Below, piece by piece: positions 10,476-20,626 of a DNA stretch of 64,000 bases. The position numbers and the translations under genes were made by a program. Position 1 is the stretch's first letter, and the number at the start of each line of letters is the position of its first letter. The stretch is from an uncultured delta proteobacterium (GTDB taxonomy: Bacteria; Desulfobacterota; Zymogenia; Zymogenales; Zymogenaceae). Below the pieces are notes generated by a model. The model worked only from the letters and a program-made list of their open reading frames with translations, had not been told where the DNA came from and did not search any database. The DNA lies in assembly GCA_963735595.1 (NCBI GenBank), contig CAVTLK010000002.1:128001-192000 (forward strand). The letters are read 5' to 3'.

Positions 10476-10516
10476 AAAAAACGGCGGGAAGCGATATTTA
10501 CTATCACTTCCCGCCG
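10476..10516 (-). terminator. Intrinsic terminator between convergent units
   Basis: CGGCGGGAAG...CTTCCCGCCG stem; A6 at 10476-10481 gives a U-tract on the minus strand. Confidence 0.75.
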
Positions 10517-10594
10517 AATCTCGTTCTACTCTATCAGCCGGATACCGGCGACCTTTCGCACACCCTCTATATACAGGCCGGCAACGGCCGGCGT

Positions 10595-11179
10595 CTATTT
10601 AGAGGGGCTGATCGAATCGCCGTGGACCACTCCTCCCCCGCCGCTGTTGGGCTTCGCGTCGTCGCCGCCGTCATTGCCGCCGTGGTAGATCACATCGTTA
10701 CCCGCGCCGAACTGGATCTCCTCCGTATCACGGACGAATATCAGCACCACGTCCCCCGCGCCCACAGTAATGGGCCTTTCGGTCTTGAGTGTGCGCCCGG
10801 CGTAGTCGATGACGACCTCATCGTCGACCCTGGTGATCTTCCCTTCCGGGGTTACCACCACAATATCGAATCCACCCGGGTACTCGGCGTATTTCAGGGA
10901 GACGAAGTCGAGCTTTTCCTCCGGGGCAATACTGCTCGTAATCGTCATTGCACCGCCCTCAGTCGTCACGACCAGGTCCTTGAGGGCAGGAAATATCTCG
11001 GGATTCTGTGCTATCGAAAGCCGCGACAGGATCACCAGGCCCTTGGGGCCGATCATGGTCTTATCGCCGATGGCGCTGGTATTGACGATCCGAACGGGAT
11101 CGCCGGCGGCCCCGGCGACAACGGGCAGCGCCATTGAGATCACAGCAACGACCGCGATGATTCCAATCACTCGTTTCAT
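10595..11179 (-). CDS. Hypothetical secreted protein
   Basis: AGGAGG RBS, signal peptide, Gly/Asp-rich C-terminus. Confidence 0.7.
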   Translation of the reverse strand: MKRVIGIIAVVAVISMALPVVAGAAGDPVRIVNTSAIGDKTMIGPKGLVILSRLSIAQNPEIFPALKDLVVTTEGGAMTITSSIAPEEKLDFVSLKYAEYPGGFDIVVVTPEGKITRVDDEVVIDYAGRTLKTERPITVGAGDVVLIFVRDTEEIQFGAGNDVIYHGGNDGGDDAKPNSGGGGVVHGDSISPSK

Positions 11180-11278
11180 GATGCACCTCCTTGACGTAAA
11201 GGCCGGGAAGTTTTATATTGGACCCCGGGCGTTGCCGCCCGGGATAGCAGGACAGTACCTCCGGATCGAGGGCAGGCC

Positions 11279-12478
11279 TTATCCGAGCTTCCTGACCGCC
11301 TCCCCGATTCTCCTGACCCCCTCGGTGATCTCGGCGACGGAGGCGGCGTAGGAGAGACGCACGCAGTTGTCGTCACCGAACTCCACCCCCGGCACCAGCG
11401 CCACCTTCGCCTCCGAAAGGAGGAAGGCGGAAAAGTCGATCGAGCCGGCGATCTTCGCGCCCGCGTATGACTTACTGTAGATCCCCGATACGTCGGGGAA
11501 GGCGTAGAAGGCGCCCTCGGGGTTGCGGCACGTAACGCCCGGTATCGCGTTGAGACCGTCGACGATAAGTTTCCTCCTCGCCTCGAACTCGCGCCTCATC
11601 CGCTCCACTTCGTCCTGCGGGCCTATGAGCGCTTCGACGGCCGCCCATTGGGCGACGGAAGAGGCGTTGGTGGTGCTCTGGCTCTGTATCTTTGTCATGG
11701 CCGAGATGAGCGCCTCGGGACCGGCGGCATACCCGATGCGCCAGCCGGTCATGGCGTACGTCTTGGAGACGCCGTTGACGATGACGGTCAGCTGCCTGAT
11801 GTCGTCTCCGATTGATGCGATGCTGGTATGTGTGAAGCCGTCGTAGACCAGCTTCTCGTAGATCTCGTCCGAGACAACATAGACGGAGTTCTTGACACAG
11901 AACCCGGCGATGTCGGAAAGCTCGCCTGTCGTGTACGACACCCCGGAGGGATTGGACGGGTAATTGAGGATGAGGGCCTTGGTCTTCGGGGTCGTATAGC
12001 GGGCGAGGTCATCCGAGTCGATCTTGAAGTCCTTGTCTTTTCCGGTGGGGATGATGACCGGCGTCGCGCCGGCGAGCTCCACCATCGGGGGATACGAGAC
12101 CCAGTAGGGGGCGGGGACCAATACTTCGTCGCCGGGCTCGAAAAAGGCCATGCACAGGTTGTAGAGAGAGTGCTTGCCCCCGCACGACACGATGATTTCG
12201 GAGGGCTTATACGTAACGCCGTTGTCGCGCTTGAACTTCTCGATGACTGCGGCCTTGAGCTCCTTGATCCCCCCCACGTCGGTATACTTGGTCTTGCCGG
12301 CCTGGATGGATTTGATGCCCGATTCCTTGATGTTTGCCGGCGTATCGAAATCCGGTTCCCCGACCCCAAAACCGATGACGTTTTCACCCCTGGCCTTAAG
12401 CTCGTTGGCCTTGGCGGCGATCGCCAGCGTCGCGGACGGCTTGAGGCTGATGACGCGGTCAGACAGCTTTCGTTTCAT
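11279..12478 (-). CDS. aspC: Aspartate aminotransferase (PLP, class I)
   Basis: GEPDF, PSNPSG, DEIY, SKTYAMTGWRIG and GAFY motifs. Confidence 0.92.
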   Translation of the reverse strand: MKRKLSDRVISLKPSATLAIAAKANELKARGENVIGFGVGEPDFDTPANIKESGIKSIQAGKTKYTDVGGIKELKAAVIEKFKRDNGVTYKPSEIIVSCGGKHSLYNLCMAFFEPGDEVLVPAPYWVSYPPMVELAGATPVIIPTGKDKDFKIDSDDLARYTTPKTKALILNYPSNPSGVSYTTGELSDIAGFCVKNSVYVVSDEIYEKLVYDGFTHTSIASIGDDIRQLTVIVNGVSKTYAMTGWRIGYAAGPEALISAMTKIQSQSTTNASSVAQWAAVEALIGPQDEVERMRREFEARRKLIVDGLNAIPGVTCRNPEGAFYAFPDVSGIYSKSYAGAKIAGSIDFSAFLLSEAKVALVPGVEFGDDNCVRLSYAASVAEITEGVRRIGEAVRKLG

Positions 12479-12485
12479 CGTGTCT

Positions 12486-12986
12486 TTACCTCTTCTGATA
12501 TGCTTCCTTGAATTTTTCCTTGAGTTTATCGGCGACGTAGTCGGTCACCAGGTCCTCTACCGACCCCCCCGCCATGGCGGTGGCCTTGATAATATTGGAG
12601 CTGACGTAGAGGTAACGGTAGCCGGTCATCATGAAGAAGGTCTCTATGTTCCGGTTGAGCTTCCGGTTCAGCAGCGCCAGCTGGAGCTCATACTCGAAAT
12701 CAGAAACCGCCCTCAGGCCCCGGATGATCGCCTTGGCCTTGACAGAAGCGGCGTAGTCGACCAACAGTCCCTCGAACGTATCGACGATGATCCGGTCGCT
12801 GTGTTCGGCGAGGCCCTGTTTGATCATGTCCATCCGCTCCTCGGGCGAAAACAGCGTGACCTTGTAGGGATTGACGCCGATGGCGATGATGATCTTGTCG
12901 AAGATCTTAACCGCCCGCTCGGCCAGATCGATGTGCCCCATCGTGATGGGATCAAACGTCCCCGGGAGAATAGCAAGGCTGGGCAT
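12486..12986 (-). CDS. coaD: Pantetheine-phosphate adenylyltransferase
   Basis: PGTFDPITMGH and RGLRAVSDFEYE; likely start MPSLA at 12986. Confidence 0.97.
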   Translation of the reverse strand: MPSLAILPGTFDPITMGHIDLAERAVKIFDKIIIAIGVNPYKVTLFSPEERMDMIKQGLAEHSDRIIVDTFEGLLVDYAASVKAKAIIRGLRAVSDFEYELQLALLNRKLNRNIETFFMMTGYRYLYVSSNIIKATAMAGGSVEDLVTDYVADKLKEKFKEAYQKR

Positions 12987-12994
12987 GGTCCACC

Positions 12995-13555
12995 TCATGC
13001 TCGTGTGAAAAAGGTAATCCCCGTATCGCCATAGAATCTTGTAGGGTCTGATTGCAGGTCCCCATAGGATGACCCCGGGACCGTCTTTGCGCTGTGCTGC
13101 CAGATAAGCGTCCCCCCCGGCGGGACGATGCCGTGCTCAAGAAAAGAAAAGATGAGCTCCCCCGTGCGGACGTAGGCATAGGGGGGGTCCAGGAAAACAA
13201 TATCCGCCGAAACGCCGAGCTTGCCGAGGGCCTTGATTCCCTTGATGGCGTCAAGGGTCATCACAGAAACGCGGTCGGCAAGCCCGAGGTTCTTCACGTT
13301 TCTCTTGAGGATTTCGACCACCCGGGGATTGCGCTCGATGAAGAACGCATGTTCAGCTCCCCGGCTGACGGCTTCTATGCCGATATTTCCCGTTCCCGAA
13401 AAACAATCCACGAAGGTGGTGCCGATGATGCCGTCGCCGAGAATGGAAAAGAGGGCCTCCTTGACGCGCGACCCGGTCGGCCTGACCATTGTCCCCGCGG
13501 GATTGATGAGACGTCTTCCTTTGAGATCCCCTGAAATAACCTTCATCGTCCGCAT
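12995..13555 (-). CDS. rsmD: 16S rRNA m2G966 methyltransferase
   Basis: RPT..RVKEALF, FSGTG.IGIEAVSRGA and DPPY; usual position next to coaD. Confidence 0.95.
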   Translation of the reverse strand: MRTMKVISGDLKGRRLINPAGTMVRPTGSRVKEALFSILGDGIIGTTFVDCFSGTGNIGIEAVSRGAEHAFFIERNPRVVEILKRNVKNLGLADRVSVMTLDAIKGIKALGKLGVSADIVFLDPPYAYVRTGELIFSFLEHGIVPPGGTLIWQHSAKTVPGSSYGDLQSDPTRFYGDTGITFFTRA

Positions 13556-13558
13556 GTC

Positions 13559-14383
13559 CTATACCCTGACCGGCACCCCGCGATCCCGCAAGTATTCTTT
13601 GGCCTGGCGTATCGAATACTCGCGGAAGTGAAAGATGGAGGCCGCCAGCGCCGCGTCCGCCCCGGCGACGGTGAGCCCCTCGACAATGTGATCCAGGGTG
13701 CCCACCCCCCCCGAGGCGATGACGGGGATGGCCACGCGGTCGACCACCGCCCGGGTGAGCACCAGGTCATAGCCTTCCTTGGTCCCGTCAAAGTCCATGG
13801 AGGTCAGGAGTATCTCGCCGGCCCCCAGCTCTTCCATTTTGATCACCCACTCGAGGGCGTCGATGCCCGTGACCTGCCGCCCGCCGTGGGTCACCACTTC
13901 CCATGAAAGGCCGTCGTGGCCCGCGTTGTCCGGTATCCTGCGTCGGCTCTCCTTCATGTGGCGGCCCCACTCATCGGGCCTCCTGCGCTTTGCGTCGACG
14001 GCCACGACGATGCACTGGGAGCCGAAGCGCTGGGCCGCCTCGAACACAAAATCCGGGTCGTTTACGGCGGCGGTATTGATGGAGACCTTGTCGGCGCCGG
14101 CCGATAGCAGCATCCTGATATCCTCCAGCGACCTGATCCCCCCCCCGACCGTCAGCGGCATGAAGATTTCCTCGGCCGTTCTTCTGACCACGTCCAGGAT
14201 GATATCCCGCTTGTCGGAGGAGGCGGTGATGTCCAGAAACGTCAGCTCATCGGCCCCCTCACGGTCATAGAATGTGGCGTTCTCGACGGGGTCCCCGGCG
14301 TCGGTCAGGTCTATGAAATTTACCCCCTTGACGACACGTCCGTCTTTTACGTCGAGGCAGGGGATGATTCGTTTGGTCAGCAT
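13559..14383 (-). CDS. hisF: Imidazole glycerol phosphate synthase, cyclase subunit
   Basis: [35 protein letters not shown] and IASGG. Confidence 0.98.
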   Translation of the reverse strand: MLTKRIIPCLDVKDGRVVKGVNFIDLTDAGDPVENATFYDREGADELTFLDITASSDKRDIILDVVRRTAEEIFMPLTVGGGIRSLEDIRMLLSAGADKVSINTAAVNDPDFVFEAAQRFGSQCIVVAVDAKRRRPDEWGRHMKESRRRIPDNAGHDGLSWEVVTHGGRQVTGIDALEWVIKMEELGAGEILLTSMDFDGTKEGYDLVLTRAVVDRVAIPVIASGGVGTLDHIVEGLTVAGADAALAASIFHFREYSIRQAKEYLRDRGVPVRV

Positions 14384-14454
14384 ACCTATTCCGTTGCCCG
14401 TTTGGCTAAAAACCTCAGATACACGACGATCGCGCCTCCTTGATCCGGCGGCCG

Positions 14455-15201
14455 TTATGCCTCCGGGACGATCTTTTCGGCCGCGGCGTTGGCCCCGGCG
14501 AGGTCTACCGTGCCTTCGTAGAGCGCCCGTCCCACGATTACGCCGATCACCCCGTCCGTGTATAACCGGGCGGCAGCCTCGACGTCCGAGACGTCCCTGA
14601 CACCCCCGGAGGCGATCACCGGTATCGCGCCCTCGCGCGCCATCCGGCGCGTCCCCTCCGTGTCGATTCCCGTTCCCACCCCGTCCCGGGCGATATCGGT
14701 GTAGATGACGGCCGCAACCCCCGTACCGGCGTAGGAACGGGCAAGCTCAACGGCCGAGACCCCTCCCGCGTCGTGCCACGCCTTCGTCCTGACCATGCCG
14801 TCCCGGGCGTCGATACCCAGGATGATCCGGCCGGGGTAGCGGCGCGACGCCGAGAGGACGAAATCGCGGTCCTCGACGGCGGCGGTCCCCACGACGACCC
14901 ATTGGACCCCGGAGGTCAGATACCCCTCTACCGCTTCCATCGTACGGATGCCGCCCCCGACTTCTACGGGAACCGGCAGCGTCCGGGCGATCTGTTCGAT
15001 CACCTCCCGGTGGACGGGAGACCCGCCCTTTGCCGCGTCAAGATCAACCAGGTGGAGGCGCCGGGCCCCCATCTGAACCCAGCGCCGGGCCGCCTCGACG
15101 GGGTCGTCGAAATAACGGGTCTCGCGGTTAAAATCGCCCTCCGAGAGCCTGACGGCCTTGCCCCCCCGCATATCGACGGCCGGAATAACTACGAATCCCA
15201 T
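14455..15201 (-). CDS. hisA: ProFAR isomerase
   Basis: [23 protein letters not shown] and YTDIARDG. Confidence 0.97.
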   Translation of the reverse strand: MGFVVIPAVDMRGGKAVRLSEGDFNRETRYFDDPVEAARRWVQMGARRLHLVDLDAAKGGSPVHREVIEQIARTLPVPVEVGGGIRTMEAVEGYLTSGVQWVVVGTAAVEDRDFVLSASRRYPGRIILGIDARDGMVRTKAWHDAGGVSAVELARSYAGTGVAAVIYTDIARDGVGTGIDTEGTRRMAREGAIPVIASGGVRDVSDVEAAARLYTDGVIGVIVGRALYEGTVDLAGANAAAEKIVPEA

Positions 15202-15827
15202 CGGTCGACCAACGCCGCGAAAGATTTAAGGATCGAAAGCCCCTTTTGCTGGCTCTTTTCCGGGTGAAACTGGGTTGCGAAGATGTTGTCTTTCTTCAGC
15301 GCCGAAACGAATGGTACGCCGTAATCGGTTATCCCGGCCGCGGTATCCGGGTCTTCGGGCACGACGTAATACGAGTGCACGAAATAAAAATAGTCCCTGC
15401 CCCCGACGGCGTCAAACGGGGGCTCCTGCGTATTCCAGCGCACCCGGTTCCACCCCATGTGGGGGATCTTGAGGCGATCCTTACCGTCGAAGGGCGGCCC
15501 GGAAAACCTGATCACGCTCCCCTTGATGACCCCCAGACCTTCATGCCTGCCGAACTCAAAGCCCTCGGTAAAGAGGAGCTGAAGGCCCAGACAGATCCCG
15601 AAAAACGGCCTGCCGGTAGCAATGAAGTCGATAATCGGCCGGGTGAGGTGGAAGCGGTCGAGGTTCTTCATGCAGTCGGCAAACGCGCCGACGCCGGGAA
15701 GCACCATCCCCGCGCTGTCTGCGATGACGCCGGCGTCCGACGTGACAACCGCGTCGGCCCCGACATTCTCCAGCGCCTTGGCGACACTCCTGAGGTTTCC
15801 CATCCCGTAATCGACGACGGCGATCAA
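15189..15827 (-). CDS. hisH: Imidazole glycerol phosphate synthase, glutaminase subunit
   Basis: DYGMGNLRSV, PGVG, GICLG, PHMGWN, YFVHSY and QFHPEKS; TTG start at 15827 overlaps the upstream TGA. Confidence 0.96.
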   Translation of the reverse strand: MIAVVDYGMGNLRSVAKALENVGADAVVTSDAGVIADSAGMVLPGVGAFADCMKNLDRFHLTRPIIDFIATGRPFFGICLGLQLLFTEGFEFGRHEGLGVIKGSVIRFSGPPFDGKDRLKIPHMGWNRVRWNTQEPPFDAVGGRDYFYFVHSYYVVPEDPDTAAGITDYGVPFVSALKKDNIFATQFHPEKSQQKGLSILKSFAALVDRWDS

Positions 15828-16996
15828 TCGGCCCCCTCGCAGAATTTCCCTATCTCGTCCACGACGTATTGCTGCATCTCTGCCGTCAGCTCGGGGTATA
15901 TGGGCAGCGCCAGGCTCCTTAGTGCGGCGGTCTCTGAATGGGGGAAATCTCCCGTGCGATAACCGAGGTACCGGTAGCACTCCTGCAGGTGCAGCGGCAC
16001 GGGGTAGTAGACCTCCGTCCCCACGCCGGCCCGTGTCAAATGATCGCGCAGGTCGTCGCGCCGGTCCACGGTGATGACGAACTGATTATAGATGTGACGA
16101 TAGCCGTCGACCGCCACAGGCAGGCCGATCGGCCCCGCGGGGGAGGTGAGCCCCCGGGCGGAGAAAAGCTCCCGATAGCGCGCGGCATTAGATTTTCTTT
16201 TTTCGCTCCAGCTGTCAAGATGCTTGAGCTTCACCCTCAGAACCGCCGCCTGCAGCGCGTCGAGCCTGCTGTTGACGCCGACCAGCCGATGATAGTACTT
16301 CGGTTTGCTGCCGTGGTTTCTCAGGACCTTCAGTCCTTCGGCAGTTTGTTCGGACGATGCCGTGATCATACCGCCGTCGCCGAAGCCGCCGAGGTTCTTG
16401 CTGGGGAAGAAGGAAAAGCACCCCATGTCCCCCATGGAGCCGGCGCTTCCCGCGGGGCTGCGCGACCCGATGGCCTGGGCGGCGTCTTCCACCACGAAGA
16501 GGCCGAACCGGGAGGCGGTACGTTTGATGGCGGCCATGTCGGCCGTCTGGCCGAAGAGGTGTACCGGCATCACACCACGGACGGCTGCGCCGTCCGGGGT
16601 TATGGGGGATTCGGATTTTTCTGTAAGGCGCCCCATGAGGTCTTCGAAGAGACCGGGGTCCATGTTAAAGGTCACGGGATCGATGTCAACAAAGATTACC
16701 GAGGCGCCGGTCCGCGTAATGGAGCCGGCCGTGGCAAAAAAGGAGTAGGGGGTAGTAACCACGGCATCGCCGGGCCCCAGGTCCAGCTGCATCATCGCCA
16801 GCAGTATTGCGTCGCTTCCGGACGCCACGCCGACCCCGTACCGGGCGCCCGTGTACGCGGCGATCTCGGCCTCCAGCGCTTCTACCTCGGGGCCGAGGAT
16901 GAAATACTGGGATGAGACCACGCGGTCGACGGCCTCCCGAATTTCGTCTTGGATCGTGGCGTGCTGAGCCTTCAGATCAAGCAAGGGGACGTTCAT
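15824..16996 (-). CDS. DegT/DnrJ/EryC1/StrS sugar aminotransferase (WbpE-like)
   Basis: Start MNVPLLDL at 16996; VHLFGQ, EDAAQAIG, SFFPSKNLGGFGDGG and NSRLD motifs. Confidence 0.93.
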   Translation of the reverse strand: MNVPLLDLKAQHATIQDEIREAVDRVVSSQYFILGPEVEALEAEIAAYTGARYGVGVASGSDAILLAMMQLDLGPGDAVVTTPYSFFATAGSITRTGASVIFVDIDPVTFNMDPGLFEDLMGRLTEKSESPITPDGAAVRGVMPVHLFGQTADMAAIKRTASRFGLFVVEDAAQAIGSRSPAGSAGSMGDMGCFSFFPSKNLGGFGDGGMITASSEQTAEGLKVLRNHGSKPKYYHRLVGVNSRLDALQAAVLRVKLKHLDSWSEKRKSNAARYRELFSARGLTSPAGPIGLPVAVDGYRHIYNQFVITVDRRDDLRDHLTRAGVGTEVYYPVPLHLQECYRYLGYRTGDFPHSETAALRSLALPIYPELTAEMQQYVVDEIGKFCEGAD

Positions 16997-17009
16997 GGCT
17001 ATATATTCC

Positions 17010-17597
17010 TTATCCTTTCTCGTGGGTAACCACGCCGCTTTGCTGCCGGTACTCGCGGGCGCACTCGGGGCATGCGGCGCGGCCCGATCGGTCAAACTCG
17101 ATCGATACGCCGCACATGCAGGCCCAGCCCGCCGGGCGGGCGGGCCCCCCCATGACGACGGCAAAATCGGCGACATCCTTTGTAACCACGGCGCCTGCCG
17201 CCACCAGGCAGTAGTCGCCCAGCGCCGTCCCGCAGACAATCGTGGCGTTGGCCCCGATCGTCGCACCCCGGCCGACACGCGTCTTCTCGTACCGGCCTTT
17301 CCTCGGGAATTGGCTGCGGGGCGTCCGGACGTTGGTGAAGACGCAGGACGGCCCCAGGAAGGCGAAGTCCCCGACGACGACCCCGTCATACACGGAAACA
17401 TTGTTCTGTATCTTCACGCCGTTTCCGATAACCGCGGTCGGGGCGATGTAGACGTTCTGGCCTATGGTCACGTTGCTTCCGACCGTCGCGCCGGACGCGA
17501 CGTGGGAAAAGTGCCAGACCTTCGTCCCGGCGCCGATTACGGCGCCGTCATCAACTACCGCCGTCGGGTGGATGAAGATATCGTCTGTGCGTGTCAC
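17010..17597 (-). CDS. Hexapeptide N-acetyltransferase (WbpD-like)
   Basis: KVWHF, GQNV, KIQNNVSVY, GPSCVFTN and GANATIVCG; C-terminal CMCG...CPEC. Confidence 0.9.
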   Translation of the reverse strand: MTRTDDIFIHPTAVVDDGAVIGAGTKVWHFSHVASGATVGSNVTIGQNVYIAPTAVIGNGVKIQNNVSVYDGVVVGDFAFLGPSCVFTNVRTPRSQFPRKGRYEKTRVGRGATIGANATIVCGTALGDYCLVAAGAVVTKDVADFAVVMGGPARPAGWACMCGVSIEFDRSGRAACPECAREYRQQSGVVTHEKG

Positions 17598-17621
17598 GGT
17601 CCTCTCCGCCGCCCGGCCGGT

Positions 17622-18503
17622 TTACTGCTTCCTGCCCCGGAAGATCAACGGCACCCCGGCGGTGATCCAAAGGCCGATGAGACAATACCGTACGACATGG
17701 GATACCGGTACGTCCGGGAGCAGCATCTTTACGACGATCTTGATCAGAAAAATTACGGCAACACCCGCGACCACTTTGACGATCTGATACCACCAGACCG
17801 ATTTCGGATCAAAGAGGATATATTCCTCCTCGATGATGAAGCCGATTGACATGCCGGTGAGCGTTCCGATCACCCGAACGGCGGTATCGCCGGAATGGAT
17901 GAAGAACATGACCGCGGCAAGAGCGAGAACAAGGACGATCAGGGGGACGGTCTTGGGGCTGATCCCCCGCAACGGGTGGGTCGTGTCGTAGATGAAGTAG
18001 AGCCCCAGAATCACGGCGCCGATAGCCCACCCGCCGGCCACGTCGATGGGCCAGTGGACGCCGAGGTAGAGGCGGGAAATGCCGACGGCGATGATAATGA
18101 TCAAGGCTGCGATCCATGCCCATGCCTTTTTTAACTGCCAGGCGATAGTCCCCCAGAAGACGGTCGCCCCCTGGGAGTGACCGCTCGGGAACGCGTACCC
18201 CCCGCCCGACTCGGGGTAGATTACCCTGACTACGGCGGGATCGGGCCTCGGCGTCTGGAATATTTCTTTCAGAAGGTCGTTGACGTAGGCCGAAAGGAGA
18301 AACAGGACGCCGAGCTTGAAGGCGAACTTTTTATCCACGCACCAGTAGAGGATCGGAACGGCGATCAGGTAAAACTCTTCGTTGCCCAGAAAGGTCACGG
18401 CAACAAAAAACCAATCGAGCACGGGGGCCGCTATTTGTTGAATCCAGAGAATAATGTCGGGACGTGATAGATATTCCATGAAATGGTTCTCCATGAAAGA
18501 CAT
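17622..18503 (-). CDS. PAP2-family membrane phosphatase
   Basis: K.....PRP, FPSGHSQ and SRLYLGVHWPID motifs. Confidence 0.92.
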   Translation of the reverse strand: MSFMENHFMEYLSRPDIILWIQQIAAPVLDWFFVAVTFLGNEEFYLIAVPILYWCVDKKFAFKLGVLFLLSAYVNDLLKEIFQTPRPDPAVVRVIYPESGGGYAFPSGHSQGATVFWGTIAWQLKKAWAWIAALIIIIAVGISRLYLGVHWPIDVAGGWAIGAVILGLYFIYDTTHPLRGISPKTVPLIVLVLALAAVMFFIHSGDTAVRVIGTLTGMSIGFIIEEEYILFDPKSVWWYQIVKVVAGVAVIFLIKIVVKMLLPDVPVSHVVRYCLIGLWITAGVPLIFRGRKQ

Positions 18504-18562
18504 AAGAGCTTCTTATACACTGTTTCGGTAGAAACGGCAACGAATTTTTGCGGTAGGAATAG

Positions 18563-19485
18563 TCAGCGGACGCCGAACAGCGAGGTAATATATTCGAAGT
18601 TTGCCGTGATCCGGAGCCGTTTCGTGCCGATTGAAGCGGGGATGGGATTAAAGGGAGAGGCGTACCTCACCGCTTTGATCGCGTACTCATCGAGGATCTG
18701 GTATCCGGATGATCTGATGAGCGTGACGCTCGATACATTTCCGCCGGACTCGATCGTAAATACAAGGGTGAGCCTCCCCCCTCGTCGCGTTTCTGCGCCT
18801 CATAGGGGTAGCTCCATGCCAACTCGATTTGCCGCTTGATGTGGGCGAAATAGGCATAGTACTTAAACTCGGCCGTGTTGAGAGAGACCTCCTCCTCCTC
18901 GGTGACTCCCGGAGCGGTCGTACCAAACGGCTGATCGAGCCGTCCCGAGCCGCTACGGCCCGTCGTCAGGTCCTCAACGGTAAGGCGCTCCTTGTCGGGG
19001 CGGGGAACCGATTCATCCGGCTTGATGGCCGGTTCCGGGCGCGTCTGTTTTCTGGCGACGAGCCGATCATCGACCGCCGGTTTATCGCTATTCTCATTCT
19101 TGTCGGGTTGGTCGGGTTTGGCCGGCGGAGAGAGGACCGCGCCCGGCGGTTGCGGGGCGCCGCCGCCGAGCGGCGTCCCGCGTCGAACGGTCTCGCGATC
19201 TACCAGCCGGTTCTTGTCGGAAAGCCGGGGGGAATCCACTTCCCTGTCGGTCTCGTTTTTCTGGGGGAAGTCGTTGAACTCGTAGGATTGGTTATCCCGA
19301 TCTTCGGCGAGTTCGATCACGAGGGGTTTGTCCGGCTTTGAGGCTGTGTCGATCGTGAGGAGGGAGAAGAGCCCCAGCAGGATGACATGAAAGAGGACAG
19401 AGCATACCAGAAAGACCTCGGCCCTCCTGGCCGAATCCTTTCGTTCTCGTTTCTTTTTAAGAGAATACTCCGATTCGGTAACCAT
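18563..19485 (-). CDS. TonB-family energy transducer (apparent single-base frameshift at C6 run 18776-18781)
   Basis: TM anchor with S..FH and a Pro-rich linker. Adding one G to the minus-strand G6 run restores the TonB_C end RLTLVFTIESGGNVSSVTLIRSSGYQILDEYAIKAVRYASPFNPIP...FGVR, with stop at 18563. Confidence 0.85.
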
Positions 19486-19520
19486 TACAGCCGCCACCGC
19501 TTTAAAAATCCACACATTTT

Positions 19521-19549
19521 ATTATACGTGAAGGGTGCCGCGGTGTCAA
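19521..19549 (-). promoter_or_regulatory. Consensus sigma70 promoter for the tonB-led minus-strand gene run
   Basis: Exact TTGACA-N17-TATAAT on the minus strand. Confidence 0.85.
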
Positions 19550-19575
19550 CGGCAAAGCCCCCGTCCGATCTGTCC

Positions 19576-19604
19576 TTGACAACCGACGGCGCATCCTCTA
19601 CAAT
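19576..19604 (+). promoter_or_regulatory. Divergent sigma70 promoter for the sirtuin gene
   Basis: TTGACA-N17-TACAAT. Confidence 0.75.
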
Positions 19605-19718
19605 CAAAAACATCGGGACGGCGATAGGGAGGGGTGTGCAGCGTGCCTTATACAGGTGCGGGAATGATCGTGATGGCCCTGACGGCCGGCCTTTCGGACG
19701 GCGCGGCAGTGAACAGAG

Positions 19719-20492
19719 GTGAACGGCATGTTTGAGCGGATCCGCCGCTGTGCGCAGTTGATCTACTTTTCGAAAAATACGCTCGCCCTGACCGGGGCGG
19801 GAGTGTCCACGGAAAGCGGTATCCCCGATTTCCGGAGCGACAAGAGCCTGCTCTGGGAGCGGATTCACGCGTACCGGTTTATGCCCATCGATGCGTATCG
19901 AGACGGCGTGGATAATTATATCGGGATGTTCTGGCGCTACTGGTTTCCCCTCCTGCTGCCGATGATACATGCCAGGCCCAACATAAACCATCACTTTTTG
20001 GCGCGCCTGTCGGCACTGGACCTCCTTTCGACCGTCATTACCCAGAACACCGACGGGCTCCACGGCAAGGCCGGCAGCGCGGATGTCCTCGAGATCCACG
20101 GAAACATCCGCGGCGGCCGCTGTTTTTCCTGCGGGGCGGCCTGTAGTATGGACTATATCATGGGCGAGATCCAGGCGGCGCGCATACCGCCGGCATGCGC
20201 CGAATGTGGAGGGATCGTGGGGCCCGATATCGTGTTTGCCTTCGAGCGGACGCCCGATTACGACAGGGCGCTGGAACGCGCGCGGCGCGCCCAACTCCTG
20301 CTCGTGTTGGGCTCGTCACTCCTGGTTGATCACGTCAAGGAGGTCGTCCTGGGCGCGATTACCAACGGCGCACACCTGATCATCATAAACAACCAGCCCA
20401 CCCCATTTGACGACGCGGCCGACGTGGTGATCCACGAGCGCCTCTCTCAAGTCACTAGGACGTTGTGGGAGACGATGGAGTGCTATCTTTAG
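19719..20492 (+). CDS. Sir2-family NAD-dependent protein deacylase
   Basis: TGAGVSTESGIPDFR, TQNTDGLH, HG, CxxC..CxxC, GSSL and IIN motifs. Confidence 0.92.
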   Translation: MNGMFERIRRCAQLIYFSKNTLALTGAGVSTESGIPDFRSDKSLLWERIHAYRFMPIDAYRDGVDNYIGMFWRYWFPLLLPMIHARPNINHHFLARLSALDLLSTVITQNTDGLHGKAGSADVLEIHGNIRGGRCFSCGAACSMDYIMGEIQAARIPPACAECGGIVGPDIVFAFERTPDYDRALERARRAQLLLVLGSSLLVDHVKEVVLGAITNGAHLIIINNQPTPFDDAADVVIHERLSQVTRTLWETMECYL

Positions 20493-20626
20493 TCGATCCC
20501 GCCGCCCGGAAACGGACGGTGCTATAATAATATACGGCGGCTTGCCGTGATCCGAGATTTCGAGCCTGCCGGTAGCAGGCAGCGTACGCGGAGACGGTGC
20601 CGCGAAAATCCTGAGACGGGTATGAC

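Noticed and set aside
16997..17401. N-terminal extension of the 525-aa DegT ORF suggesting a fusion
   Set aside because: The extension overlaps the WbpD-like gene in another frame; the true start is MNVPLL at 16996.
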